DNA of 64,000 nucleotides, from the NCBI GenBank assembly GCA_044221725.1, contig JBGAON010000002.1:256001-320000 (forward strand), written 5' to 3'. The notes under the pieces were generated by a model. It saw only the letters and a program-made list of their open reading frames with translations, searched no databases and was not told where the DNA came from. The DNA is from Elusimicrobiota bacterium (GTDB taxonomy: Bacteria > Elusimicrobiota > Elusimicrobia > F11). The position numbers were made by a program, and so were the translations under genes. Shown here piece by piece: positions 36,768 to 46,235 of the stretch (within the stretch, counting starts at the first letter, position 1; the number at the start of each line of letters is the position of its first letter).

Positions 36768-38995
36768 AAGCTTTAATTGTTGGTGCCTCAGGACTTTGCG
36801 GACAATCGTTGTGGCGTTCGCTCGAAGAAAATGGATTTGAAGTTGCCGGAACGTATTTCTCGCGGCCGCTGGCCGGTTGCCAACCTCTGAACGTTACAAA
36901 GGCCGCTGACGTTGAGCGCGTCGTCAGCAGCGTCAAGCCCAACGTAATTTTCATTGTGACGAATTCAAAGGGCGGTGTTGATTACAACGAATCGCATCCG
37001 GAAGAAACAAAAACGCTTTTCGTTGATGGAACGAAGAATATCGTCAAGGCGGCCAAAAAGAACAATGGCATCGTCGTTGCGTATTCAACCGATTATCTTT
37101 TTGATGGCAAGAATGGGCCGTACAGCGAAGATGCCGCGCCGACGCCGATCAGCGTTTACGGCAAATCAAAACTTGAAGCCGAAAACATTGTGAAGGCCGG
37201 CGACAAACGAAATCTAATAGTTCGTACGTCGGCCGTGTACGGGTGGGATCGCATGTCCTCCAATATGGCCATGAGCGTGTTCGAGAATTTGCAAGCGGGG
37301 AAATCGCTGCAGATTCCGGGCGATCAGTGGTGCAACCCGACACAAGTTGATTTTCTTTCCGAAACGGTGATTCGCTTGGTTCAGGCGGGCGCGTCGGGCG
37401 TTTATAACGTCGTCGGCAGGGATCGCGTGACGAAAGCGGAACTTGCGAAATCGCTCGCGAAAACCATGTTGCTCGACCCGGGTATGATTGCGGCGGTTCC
37501 GACCGCCGAGCTTGGCAAGGCTGCCCCGCGGCCGCTCAATGGTGGACTGAAGTTCGAAAAACTTGCGGCGTTTGTTGGCACGGAGCCACAGAACCTTGGT
37601 GAATCTCTGAAGCGCTTCCAGCGGCACTGGCGTTCGGACACGCATATTCGCCACGCGGCCCCGGTCGGAATGTTCAGCGAGGCGCAGCAACTGAAACAAG
37701 AAATTTTGGACAAGGTCTCGCGCTATTACGAGCTTGTCCACAAACCGAAAGCGTTCGTTCCGCAAAAAAGCCGTGTGCAGTACGCGGGACGCGTGTTTGG
37801 TCCCGAAGAAATGGTGAATCTTGTGGATAGCTCGTTGGATTTTTGGCTCACGTTTGGATCGTGGGGCGATATGTTCGAGCGAAAAATGAAAAAGTTCTTG
37901 GGATGCAAAGACTTTGTGACGGTGAATTCGGGATCGACCGCGAATTTGACCGCGATTATGTCGCTTCAATCGGAGCAAGTGGAAGGTCATCTGAAACCAG
38001 GCGACGAAGTGATCACGCCGGCCGTGACATTTCCAACGACACTCGCCCCCATCGTCCATGGGGGAATGATTCCGGTGTTTGTGGATTGCGAAGTGGGCAC
38101 CTACAACATCAATGCGCATTTGATTGAGGACGCCATTTCGCCGAAAACGCGCGCGATGATGATTCCTCACACACTCGGTAACCCCATCGACTTGGACATT
38201 ATTTGCGACATTGCGAAGCGCCACAATCTTTTTCTCGTGGAAGATTCTTGCGACGCGCTCGGCGCCACGTTCAACGGACAGCTCGTCGGCACGTTCGGCG
38301 ATTTGGCGACGCTAAGCTTTTATCCGGCGCATCACATGACCATGGGCGAAGGCGGCGCCGTGATTGTGAACAAGGCGAAACTGTCGCGCGTGGTTCGCTC
38401 GGTCCGCGATTGGGGCCGCGATTGTTGGTGCGCGCCCGGCGAATCAAACACGTGCGGAAAACGGTTTGGTTGGTCCCTCGGTGATCTGCCGAAAGGTTAC
38501 GATCACAAATATGTTTACTCGAACATCGGATACAATTTTAAAACGACCGATATGCAGGCCGCCATCGGCGTTGCCCAAGCGGACCGGGTTGAAGGATTCA
38601 TTGAAGCCCGTCGCCGCAATTTCAATTTGCTTTACAAGGGGCTCGAACAGTATCAGGACTATTTGATTCTTCCGACCAAGGATCCGCGCGCGAATCCATC
38701 TTGGTTCGGCTTACCGCTCACCGTGAAAAACGGGTTGTCCGCGGCAAGTCTCGCGCAGTGGCTTGAGTCGGGAAATATTGAAACGCGGCAAGTGTTCAGC
38801 GGAAATATTCTTAAACAGCCCGGTTACCAGTCGATTAAGGCGCGCATCTCGGGCTCGCTTGAGCAAACGGATCGCATCATGGCCGACACGTTCTTTATCG
38901 GCGTTTATCCGGGCATCAACGACGAAATGATTGATTATGTCCTCAAACGTTTTGCGGATTTCTTCGCGAAGGTAAAACTTTCGTCGCATGCCTAG
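36764..38995 (+). CDS. rfbH: Fusion: RmlD-like NDP-4-keto-sugar reductase (N-terminal) + CDP-4-keto-6-deoxyglucose 3-dehydrase RfbH/DdhC (C-terminal)
   Basis: N-domain has GASGLCG, STDYLFDG, YGKSK and DQWCNPT. C-domain has VNSGSTAN, FPTT, HTLGNP, EDSCDA, SFYPAHHMTMGEGG (His in place of the PLP Lys), RDWGRDCWC...NTC and GYDHKY. Confidence 0.88.
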   Translation: MKALIVGASGLCGQSLWRSLEENGFEVAGTYFSRPLAGCQPLNVTKAADVERVVSSVKPNVIFIVTNSKGGVDYNESHPEETKTLFVDGTKNIVKAAKKNNGIVVAYSTDYLFDGKNGPYSEDAAPTPISVYGKSKLEAENIVKAGDKRNLIVRTSAVYGWDRMSSNMAMSVFENLQAGKSLQIPGDQWCNPTQVDFLSETVIRLVQAGASGVYNVVGRDRVTKAELAKSLAKTMLLDPGMIAAVPTAELGKAAPRPLNGGLKFEKLAAFVGTEPQNLGESLKRFQRHWRSDTHIRHAAPVGMFSEAQQLKQEILDKVSRYYELVHKPKAFVPQKSRVQYAGRVFGPEEMVNLVDSSLDFWLTFGSWGDMFERKMKKFLGCKDFVTVNSGSTANLTAIMSLQSEQVEGHLKPGDEVITPAVTFPTTLAPIVHGGMIPVFVDCEVGTYNINAHLIEDAISPKTRAMMIPHTLGNPIDLDIICDIAKRHNLFLVEDSCDALGATFNGQLVGTFGDLATLSFYPAHHMTMGEGGAVIVNKAKLSRVVRSVRDWGRDCWCAPGESNTCGKRFGWSLGDLPKGYDHKYVYSNIGYNFKTTDMQAAIGVAQADRVEGFIEARRRNFNLLYKGLEQYQDYLILPTKDPRANPSWFGLPLTVKNGLSAASLAQWLESGNIETRQVFSGNILKQPGYQSIKARISGSLEQTDRIMADTFFIGVYPGINDEMIDYVLKRFADFFAKVKLSSHA

Positions 38996-41087
38996 TCTTG
39001 TCGCGAAGGAATCGTTGATGACGCGCTCTGTCCACGCGCGCAAGCGATTATCCTCCTCGGATCATTATTGGTTGTTCGCCGGCCTTGTGTTTGCGGCGGT
39101 GTTTCTTATTTACACGCCGTTTATTCTTCACGGTCCATTTATTCTCGATGACTTTCATTTCATTCGCCACTATTCGGCGAAGGAGCTCGCGACCGTTTGG
39201 TTTGGCAATTGGGATTTAACCGGGCGCGAGAGCGATGGTTACCGTCCACTCGCCATTTGGACGTTCCACGTGTTGCACGCCATCCTTGGATTCCGCGACG
39301 TTCCGTTTATGTTTGTGGTTTCGGTTTTGAACGCGGTGTTCGGCCTGTTCACTTACCGACTGGCGCGGCATATTCTCAAAACTCCGTACGCGGTGGCCGT
39401 GGGGATTCTTGCACCCATTTGGCCGCAAACGCTGTTCCATTTCACGTGGGCCACCGAAATTCCGGCCAAGATGTCGTTCCTTGGAATGTTGCTCGGTTGC
39501 GATTATTTGATTCGTTGGCTGAAGACCAACGAAGGGAAATTCCTGCGTAACGCGCTGATCTCCGGCGTCGTCGCTTCTTTCTGCAAAGAGACCGGTTACG
39601 GATTTCTTATGTTGATTCCGCTTGTGGTGTTCATTGAAACGGCGGTTCAGCAGAAGCTGCGCGTGTTCGCAAAACTTGTCCGGTCGCCGCTGTTTTGGGT
39701 CAGTGCGGCGCTGCCGGTTGTTTTCGTGACGCTGCGGCATTTTGCGCTTCTGCATGGGGCAAGCCCGGAATACTATCAGCGCCACGCGGCGACAGCGAAC
39801 GAATTCTTTAAAGGCTTGAAGTTCGTGCAGATGTTGTTTTTCCGACCCTTCTACGAGTCGTACATGGAAGTGTCGATGAACGCGAACAACGTGGGCGGTT
39901 TTTTCCTGGTTGCCACGATATTCACGCTCGCTTCCTTAATAATTTCCGAACGTCAAAAGCGCCCTTGGGGAACCGTTGTTGCGCGGACCGAGATCTGCCT
40001 GTTAATTCTTTCACGGATCCTAACGAATTACAGCTCCGATGCGTGGTTGCCGAAGTTTACGCTGTTGGTTGATGGTCTCATGTCGAAAGGTTTTTACGTG
40101 CTGCTGATCGTGATGGTAGCCGAACAGTGGAAGCGAGATCCGGCCGTGGTTGTGATTGCGCTTCTCGAAGCGTTTAGCCTTATTCCGTTAACCTTTATGA
40201 TTTTGAATCGGTTGATGCCGGTTCCTCACACGCTTGCCCTTATTCTCGTGGTTGCGTTTGCGCAATTCTTGCTCGAGCCGCTGCAATTTGAGAAATATTC
40301 ATTTCGCATGTTCGCGTTGTGTGCGTTGCTCGGAACGTGGGTTGTCGTGTTCGCGTTCCGCGCGCTCTTCTATATCGGTATTGAAAACAATCGCCACGCG
40401 CCCGTGAACACACGCAATTTTAAAATCGTCGGTACCAGCGACGAATGGGTTGCTTTGAACAAAAAATTTCATTTGGAAGAACAACAGGCTTACGCGAATG
40501 AAAATTACGCGAAATACAGTCTTGATGCGGAGAATTTTTCAAAAGCAGGTTATGTGTCGGTTCTGTCCAACGGATCGTTTGAAAATGGTTTGACCGGCTG
40601 GCAAGGCCCCGACGATTGTTCGGCTGGCGCCGCTGGAGCCGCCGTGTTTGATGCGGGCCTTGTGCCAAACGCCTTGGATGGGAAAACGGCGCTCCGTTTA
40701 ACGAGCGAGAATCATATTCTTTGCTATGCAACGTCTTCTGATAAATTGAAGATGAACGGTATCTACGCGTTCAGCTTTGACGCGAAGAATGTGGAGGGCG
40801 ATTCGCAACCCGAGGTTGCGCTCGACGGAAGCAGTTACGGTCCGATTTATTCAACCACGCAGCCTCTCGATAATGGATGGGTGAAACATTTCTATTTCAT
40901 TAGCGGTCGCGGTGTGCCTTTGACGTTCCATCTGTACGCATCGCCAAAAGGAAAGAAAACCACGAACCTGTACGCGAATTTTCAATTGATCACCTCAAAC
41001 AAGCAAGAGTCGTTCTGGACGATTCGTTCGTTGACGCCCGCGCCGGATTGGACACAATTTCGCGTGTTGCGCACGGAGCGGAGCTAA
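38988..41087 (+). CDS. GT-C-like membrane glycosyltransferase with a C-terminal carbohydrate-binding-like domain
   Basis: PFILDDF, GYRPL and CKETG motifs with many TM helices. The C-terminal domain begins LSNGSFENGLTGW, which resembles the start of a CBM4/9-like domain. Confidence 0.65.
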   Translation: MPSLVAKESLMTRSVHARKRLSSSDHYWLFAGLVFAAVFLIYTPFILHGPFILDDFHFIRHYSAKELATVWFGNWDLTGRESDGYRPLAIWTFHVLHAILGFRDVPFMFVVSVLNAVFGLFTYRLARHILKTPYAVAVGILAPIWPQTLFHFTWATEIPAKMSFLGMLLGCDYLIRWLKTNEGKFLRNALISGVVASFCKETGYGFLMLIPLVVFIETAVQQKLRVFAKLVRSPLFWVSAALPVVFVTLRHFALLHGASPEYYQRHAATANEFFKGLKFVQMLFFRPFYESYMEVSMNANNVGGFFLVATIFTLASLIISERQKRPWGTVVARTEICLLILSRILTNYSSDAWLPKFTLLVDGLMSKGFYVLLIVMVAEQWKRDPAVVVIALLEAFSLIPLTFMILNRLMPVPHTLALILVVAFAQFLLEPLQFEKYSFRMFALCALLGTWVVVFAFRALFYIGIENNRHAPVNTRNFKIVGTSDEWVALNKKFHLEEQQAYANENYAKYSLDAENFSKAGYVSVLSNGSFENGLTGWQGPDDCSAGAAGAAVFDAGLVPNALDGKTALRLTSENHILCYATSSDKLKMNGIYAFSFDAKNVEGDSQPEVALDGSSYGPIYSTTQPLDNGWVKHFYFISGRGVPLTFHLYASPKGKKTTNLYANFQLITSNKQESFWTIRSLTPAPDWTQFRVLRTERS

Positions 41088-41091
41088 CGCC

Positions 41092-41871
41092 ATGAAAAAA
41101 ATGAAAGTGGTGATCTTGGCCGGTGGGCGCGGCACGCGCATCAGCGAAGAATCCGATGCGAAACCAAAACCGATGATTGAGATCGGTGGGCGACCGATTC
41201 TTTGGCACATTCTCAAAATTTATTCGCACTACGGCTTTAATGACTTTGTGATTTGTCTTGGCTACCGCGGCTACATGATCAAAGAATATTTCGCGAATTA
41301 CTTTTTGCACATGAGCAACGTGACGTTCGATATGCGTCGGAATAAGATGTTCACGCATCAGAACAAAGCGGAGCCGTGGCGCGTGACGTTGATCGACACG
41401 GGGGCGGACACGTTAACCGGGGGCCGGGTGAAACGAATTGCGGACTATGTCGACGATACGTTTATGCTCACGTACGGCGATGGCGTTGCGGATGTGGACA
41501 TAGAAAGCCTTGTGAAATTCCACCGTGCGAACAAAAAGTTTGCGACGGTAACCTCGACGCAACCCCCGGGCCGTTTTGGCACGATCACGGTCAATTCGAA
41601 GAACGAAGTGATTTCATTCCAAGAGAAACCGGCCGGGGACGGCAAGTGGATCAACGGAGGATTCTTCGTGATGGAGCCCGATGTCTTTAAATACATCGAT
41701 GGCGACCAAACAATTTTGGAACGTGATCCGCTCGAACGGCTCGCGCGTGACGGACAGCTGGCCGCGTTTCGTCACAAAGGATTCTGGCAGCCCATGGACA
41801 CGCTTCGAGACAAAATGCACCTCGAAGATTTGTGGTCCACAAATCGCGCACCCTGGAAGACCTGGAAATGA
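41092..41871 (+). CDS. rfbF: Glucose-1-phosphate cytidylyltransferase
   Basis: LAGGRGTRISEE...KPKPMIEIGG, TGGRVKR, LTYGDG, INGGFF and GFWQPMDTLRD motifs. Confidence 0.95.
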   Translation: MKKMKVVILAGGRGTRISEESDAKPKPMIEIGGRPILWHILKIYSHYGFNDFVICLGYRGYMIKEYFANYFLHMSNVTFDMRRNKMFTHQNKAEPWRVTLIDTGADTLTGGRVKRIADYVDDTFMLTYGDGVADVDIESLVKFHRANKKFATVTSTQPPGRFGTITVNSKNEVISFQEKPAGDGKWINGGFFVMEPDVFKYIDGDQTILERDPLERLARDGQLAAFRHKGFWQPMDTLRDKMHLEDLWSTNRAPWKTWK

Positions 41872-43052
41872 CGAAATTGAACTTGGAACAGACGTTTGGC
41901 GGAATCTATCGTGGCAAAACGGTTTTTGTCACGGGGCATACGGGCTTTAAAGGCGGTTGGCTGGTTCTTTGGCTGAAAGCGCTCGGTGCGAAAGTGGTTG
42001 GTTACTCGCTTGCGCCCGAGCGGACGCCGAACCTTTTTAATTCGGTCAAAATTGAAGATGGCATCACGCATATCGTTGGGGATGTGCGCAATTTTGATCA
42101 CGTGAAAAAAGCGATGGCCAACGCGAAGCCGGATTTTGTTTTTCATTTGGCCGCGCAACCGCTTGTGCGCCAGTCTTACCGCGAGCCGCGTGAAACGTAT
42201 GAAACGAACGTGATGGGGACCGTGAACGTGCTCGAATCGGTGCGTAGCACGCCAAGCGTGCGCGTGTGCGTCAACGTGACGAGCGACAAGTGTTACGAAA
42301 ACAACGGTTGGGTTTATCCGTACCGTGAAAACGACCCGATGGGCGGCATTGATCCCTACAGCTCCAGCAAAGGCGCCGTGGAGATTGTTGCGGCGGCGTA
42401 CCGTCGATCGTTCTTTAATGACAACAGCACCGCGTCGCTGGTTTCGGTGCGCGCTGGAAATGTTATCGGTGGCGGTGATTGGACACCCGAGCGAATTATT
42501 CCGGATTGTGTGAAAGCGCTGGCCGATGAAAAACCCATCCATGTTCGCAATCCGCTGGCGGTTCGGCCTTGGCAGTACGTGCTGGAGCCGTTGTCCGGAT
42601 ATCTGTGGCTTGGATCGTTGCTATGGACAAGTTTGAAACCGCTCGACTACGGTTGGAATTTTGGGCCCTTGTCGCACGAATGTTTGTCGGTGCGCGACCT
42701 CGTGAAACAGGCGATTGCCGCGTGGGGCGAAGGGGAATACGACGAACAGTCCGCCGCTGACCGCGCCAACAGCCCACACGAAGCGGATCTGTTGCGTCTC
42801 GACTGCAGCAAAGCCGCGTTTCAATTGGGTTGGACGCCCGTGTACCGTACACAAGAAGCGATCGAGCGCACGGTTCTTTGGTACCGCAATTTTTATCGCA
42901 ACTCGAAATTTGATGCGCTCGATTATTCTCTTTCGGAAATAAATACCTACGTGGAAAAAGCGCGCGAGCAAGGTCTGACCTGGGCAAAAGAGCCGAAAAG
43001 AAGTCCGAAGAAATCGTCGCGCGTCGCCAACCCTTCTTCTTCACGAACATGA
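41868..43052 (+). CDS. rfbG: CDP-glucose 4,6-dehydratase
   Basis: TGHTGFKGGWL, HLAAQPLVR, TSDKCY, DPYSSSK, RAGNVIGGGDW, RPWQYVLEPL, WNFGP and PHEA motifs. Confidence 0.95.
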   Translation: MTKLNLEQTFGGIYRGKTVFVTGHTGFKGGWLVLWLKALGAKVVGYSLAPERTPNLFNSVKIEDGITHIVGDVRNFDHVKKAMANAKPDFVFHLAAQPLVRQSYREPRETYETNVMGTVNVLESVRSTPSVRVCVNVTSDKCYENNGWVYPYRENDPMGGIDPYSSSKGAVEIVAAAYRRSFFNDNSTASLVSVRAGNVIGGGDWTPERIIPDCVKALADEKPIHVRNPLAVRPWQYVLEPLSGYLWLGSLLWTSLKPLDYGWNFGPLSHECLSVRDLVKQAIAAWGEGEYDEQSAADRANSPHEADLLRLDCSKAAFQLGWTPVYRTQEAIERTVLWYRNFYRNSKFDALDYSLSEINTYVEKAREQGLTWAKEPKRSPKKSSRVANPSSSRT

Positions 43053-43984
43053 ACGTCCAGCGAATCCTTCTGACCGGAGCCACCGGTTACGTGGGATCGC
43101 GTGTCGCGGCACACTTTGCGGAAGATCCTTCTTTTCATGTAACAGTTCTCGTTCGCCCAACCTCAAGCACCGATTTGTTGAAGCCCGTGCTCGCAAAAAT
43201 TTCGGTCGAGCTCGTTGGAGATGGACCCGCTTCCATTGAAACAATTCTGAAACGTGCAAAGCCCGATGTTGTTGTCCATCTCGCCTCGTCAGCGCCGTCG
43301 GCGACGCCGAATCAATCGGTGAAAGACGTCGTTTCAGCGAATATCCTGTTCGGTACGGAATTGCTACAGGCCATGCTGACGTGTGGCGTGAAAAATTTTG
43401 TGAACACCGGTACATTCTGGGAGGAGATGGGCGGCGACGGTGTGTATCGTCCGCTTGATTTTTATGCGGCCACCAAACGCGCCTTTCAGAATATTTTGCG
43501 CTACTACGAAGACGCGCACGATTTTCGCGCGGTCACGCTGAAATTGTTCGGTGTATACGGGCCGCGCGACCCACGGCCGAAAGTGTTTGCGCTCTTTAAG
43601 CGCGCCACGACGAGCGCCGAGCCGATTGGTCTTTCCCCGGGCAAACAAGAGTTGGATCTTGTTTACGTCGATGACGTGGCCAACGCCTTTATAAAAGCGG
43701 CGTCTTACGTCGCTCAAAAAAGCAGTCCCATCACCGAAGTGTTTGAAATTGGTTCGGGTGTCTGCACGCCACTTCAAGAAATTGCCAAGATATACGAGCA
43801 GTGTTCCGGAGCCAAATTGAATGTCCGCTGGGCCACTGTCCCATACCGACCCCGGGAAGTGATGCGAAGCTGCGCGAACATTGCAAGCGCAAAGGAGAAA
43901 CTCGATTGGAAACCACAGCACGACTTGAAGAGCGGAATCAGCCAGATGTTGAAACAAGAGACAGCCGCGTCGGCGTCGCTTTGA
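43049..43984 (+). CDS. NAD-dependent epimerase/reductase, CDP-abequose/paratose synthase-like
   Basis: TGATGYVG, VNTGTF, YAATK, VYGP and YVDDV motifs. Lies directly after rfbG. Confidence 0.75.
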   Translation: MNVQRILLTGATGYVGSRVAAHFAEDPSFHVTVLVRPTSSTDLLKPVLAKISVELVGDGPASIETILKRAKPDVVVHLASSAPSATPNQSVKDVVSANILFGTELLQAMLTCGVKNFVNTGTFWEEMGGDGVYRPLDFYAATKRAFQNILRYYEDAHDFRAVTLKLFGVYGPRDPRPKVFALFKRATTSAEPIGLSPGKQELDLVYVDDVANAFIKAASYVAQKSSPITEVFEIGSGVCTPLQEIAKIYEQCSGAKLNVRWATVPYRPREVMRSCANIASAKEKLDWKPQHDLKSGISQMLKQETAASASL

Positions 43985-44913
43985 AAAAGATTTCGATCGC
44001 GATTCCCGTTTACAACGAGGAAAAGAACGTTCGCGAAGCCTACGCGGTTGTTCGGCGCCTGTTTGATTCTTTAAAAGACCGGTACGACTACGAAATTGTT
44101 TTTACCGATAATCACAGCGACGATAACAGTTACGCATTGTTACAGGATATCGCTTCCACCGATTGGCGCGTGAAAGTAGCGCGCTTCTCCCGAAATTTCG
44201 GTTACCAGAAATCGATTTATACAGGCTATTCGCTGTCCACCGGTGACGCCGTGATCCAGTTGGATTGCGATCTCCAAGATCCGGTAAGCCTGATTCCTGA
44301 ATTCTTGAAAAAGTGGGAGGAAGGTTACGCGGTTGTCTACGGCGTGCGCAAAACGCGTTCGGAAGGCATGTTCATCACGGCGCTTCGTAAAATCTTTTAC
44401 CGGCTGATCGATTTTCTATCGGAAGATGCGTTGCCGCACGATGCCGGCGATTTCCGGCTCGTCGACCGCCGCGTCATCGACGAACTTAAGCGCGTGTACG
44501 ACTACAATCCGTACCTGCGGGGAAGCATTGCCTCCATGGGTTTTAATCAAATCGGAATTCCGTACGACCGGTTGGAGCGCGTGCACGGCGAAAGCAAATT
44601 CAATTTTTCGAGTCTGTTTCGCTTGGCGATGGACGGAATTTTGAATCACTCGATCGTTCCGTTAAGAATCGCATCCTTTATCGGCATGTTCACGTTTGGC
44701 GCGGCGCTTCTGCTGATGGTGGGCTACCTGATCTGCAAGGCGGTTTTAAGCAAGCCTTGGCCGGCTGGCTTTACCACGACGACCACATTACTTTTGTTGT
44801 CGATGAGTTTGAACGCGCTGTTCCTGGGCATCATCGGCGAATATATCGGACGCATCTATCAGCAGATTAAAAAACGCCCGATCGCGATCATTGAAAAGTC
44901 GTTGAACCTATAG
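43981..44913 (+). CDS. GT2 bactoprenol glycosyltransferase (GtrB-like) with C-terminal TM helices
   Basis: IPVYNEE, DNHSDD, FSRNFGYQ, LDCDLQDP, GDFRLVDR and GIIGEYIGRIY motifs. TTG start at 43981. Confidence 0.9.
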   Translation: MKKISIAIPVYNEEKNVREAYAVVRRLFDSLKDRYDYEIVFTDNHSDDNSYALLQDIASTDWRVKVARFSRNFGYQKSIYTGYSLSTGDAVIQLDCDLQDPVSLIPEFLKKWEEGYAVVYGVRKTRSEGMFITALRKIFYRLIDFLSEDALPHDAGDFRLVDRRVIDELKRVYDYNPYLRGSIASMGFNQIGIPYDRLERVHGESKFNFSSLFRLAMDGILNHSIVPLRIASFIGMFTFGAALLLMVGYLICKAVLSKPWPAGFTTTTTLLLLSMSLNALFLGIIGEYIGRIYQQIKKRPIAIIEKSLNL

Positions 44914-44944
44914 GTTTTTCATAGGGACATTAAGGCCGTTTCCG

Positions 44945-44974
44945 TTGGCCCAACCAGCAAAACTTTTGTATCTT
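44945..44974 (+). promoter_or_regulatory. Putative internal sigma70-type promoter
   Basis: TTGGCC (44945-44950), 18-nt spacer, TATCTT (44969-44974) in a 98-nt intergenic gap. AAGGAG ribosome-binding site follows. Confidence 0.35.
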
Positions 44975-45011
44975 TCCGCCTCAGAAATTTCCTTCAAGGA
45001 GACAGAAAACA

Positions 45012-46235
45012 ATGGCGAAATGCCTCATTTGTGAATCGACAATCGAACCCTTTATCGATTTTGGAAAAATGCCCATCGCGAACGGATTTCTCGAGCCTCA
45101 GCATTACAAAGACGAGCCGCGTTTTAGTTTGAAGGTCGCCTTGTGCGAAAAATGCGGAATGGTGCAGCTCACCGAACAAGTTGATCGCGAAAAAATGTTC
45201 AACGATCAATACGCTTTCTTCTCCTCGACGTCGACACGCATGGCCGAACACTTCAAAGAATTCGCCGCCGACATCTCGAAGAAATATTTAACCGGCAACG
45301 ATCCGTTCGTGGTGGAAATGGGCAGCAACGACGGCATCATGCTTCAAAATTTTGCGAAGAACAAAGTTCGGCACCTTGGTATTGAGCCGTCCGGCAATGT
45401 TGCCGACGTTGCGCGCCAACGCGGCATCAACACGATCTCTGAATTCTTTGATGAGGCTCTTGCCGAGAAAATTAAGGCTCAGTACGGCCAGGCCGACGCA
45501 TTCTTGTCCGCGAACGTGATGTGCCACATCCCGTACTTGCATTCGATCGCGAAGGGAATCAAGGCGCTGCTCAAGCCAAAAGGGGTGCTTGCGTTTGAAG
45601 ACCCGTATTTGGGGGACATCGTCGAGAAAACCTCGTACGACCAAATCTATGACGAACATGCGTTCTATTTCTCGGTGGGGTCCGTTCAAAATTTCTTTAA
45701 GCAACACGGGCTCGAACTGTTTGATATTGCTCATCAAGAAACGCACGGCGGATCGATGCGTTACTACTTGAGTCATACGGGCGCCTACCCGATTTCGCAA
45801 GCGGTGAAAGACCAATCCAAGAAAGAAGAAGAAGTTTGGCAGCTAAAAAATCCAAAGACGTACGAAACGCTGCGAAAAAATATTGAACGTTCCCGTGAAC
45901 AATTGGTCAACCTGCTCTCCGAACTCAAAAAAGAGGGAAAGCGCGTGGTTGGTTATGGGGCCACATCCAAGAGCACAACCGTCATTAATTACTGCAATCT
46001 CAATAGCGATCTCATCCAATTCATCAGCGATACGACACCGATTAAGCAGGGCAAATACAGTCCGGGCGCGCACATCCCGGTCCGGCCCTATCAGGAGTTT
46101 TCCGACAAGTATCCGGATTATGCGTTGCTGTTCGCGTGGAACCACGCGACGGAGATTATGGCCAAGGAAAAACAATTCAAAAACGCGGGTGGGAAGTGGA
46201 TCGTTTACGTGCCCGAAGTGAAAATCTTTTCATGA
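45012..46235 (+). CDS. NDP-sugar C3-methyltransferase (TcaB9/KijD1/EvaC-like)
   Basis: CLIC...CEKCGMVQL zinc site, EMGSNDG, ANVMCHIPY, FEDPYLGDIV, DQIYDEH, HGGS, GYGATSKS and PDYALLFAWNH motifs. Confidence 0.88.
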   Translation: MAKCLICESTIEPFIDFGKMPIANGFLEPQHYKDEPRFSLKVALCEKCGMVQLTEQVDREKMFNDQYAFFSSTSTRMAEHFKEFAADISKKYLTGNDPFVVEMGSNDGIMLQNFAKNKVRHLGIEPSGNVADVARQRGINTISEFFDEALAEKIKAQYGQADAFLSANVMCHIPYLHSIAKGIKALLKPKGVLAFEDPYLGDIVEKTSYDQIYDEHAFYFSVGSVQNFFKQHGLELFDIAHQETHGGSMRYYLSHTGAYPISQAVKDQSKKEEEVWQLKNPKTYETLRKNIERSREQLVNLLSELKKEGKRVVGYGATSKSTTVINYCNLNSDLIQFISDTTPIKQGKYSPGAHIPVRPYQEFSDKYPDYALLFAWNHATEIMAKEKQFKNAGGKWIVYVPEVKIFS

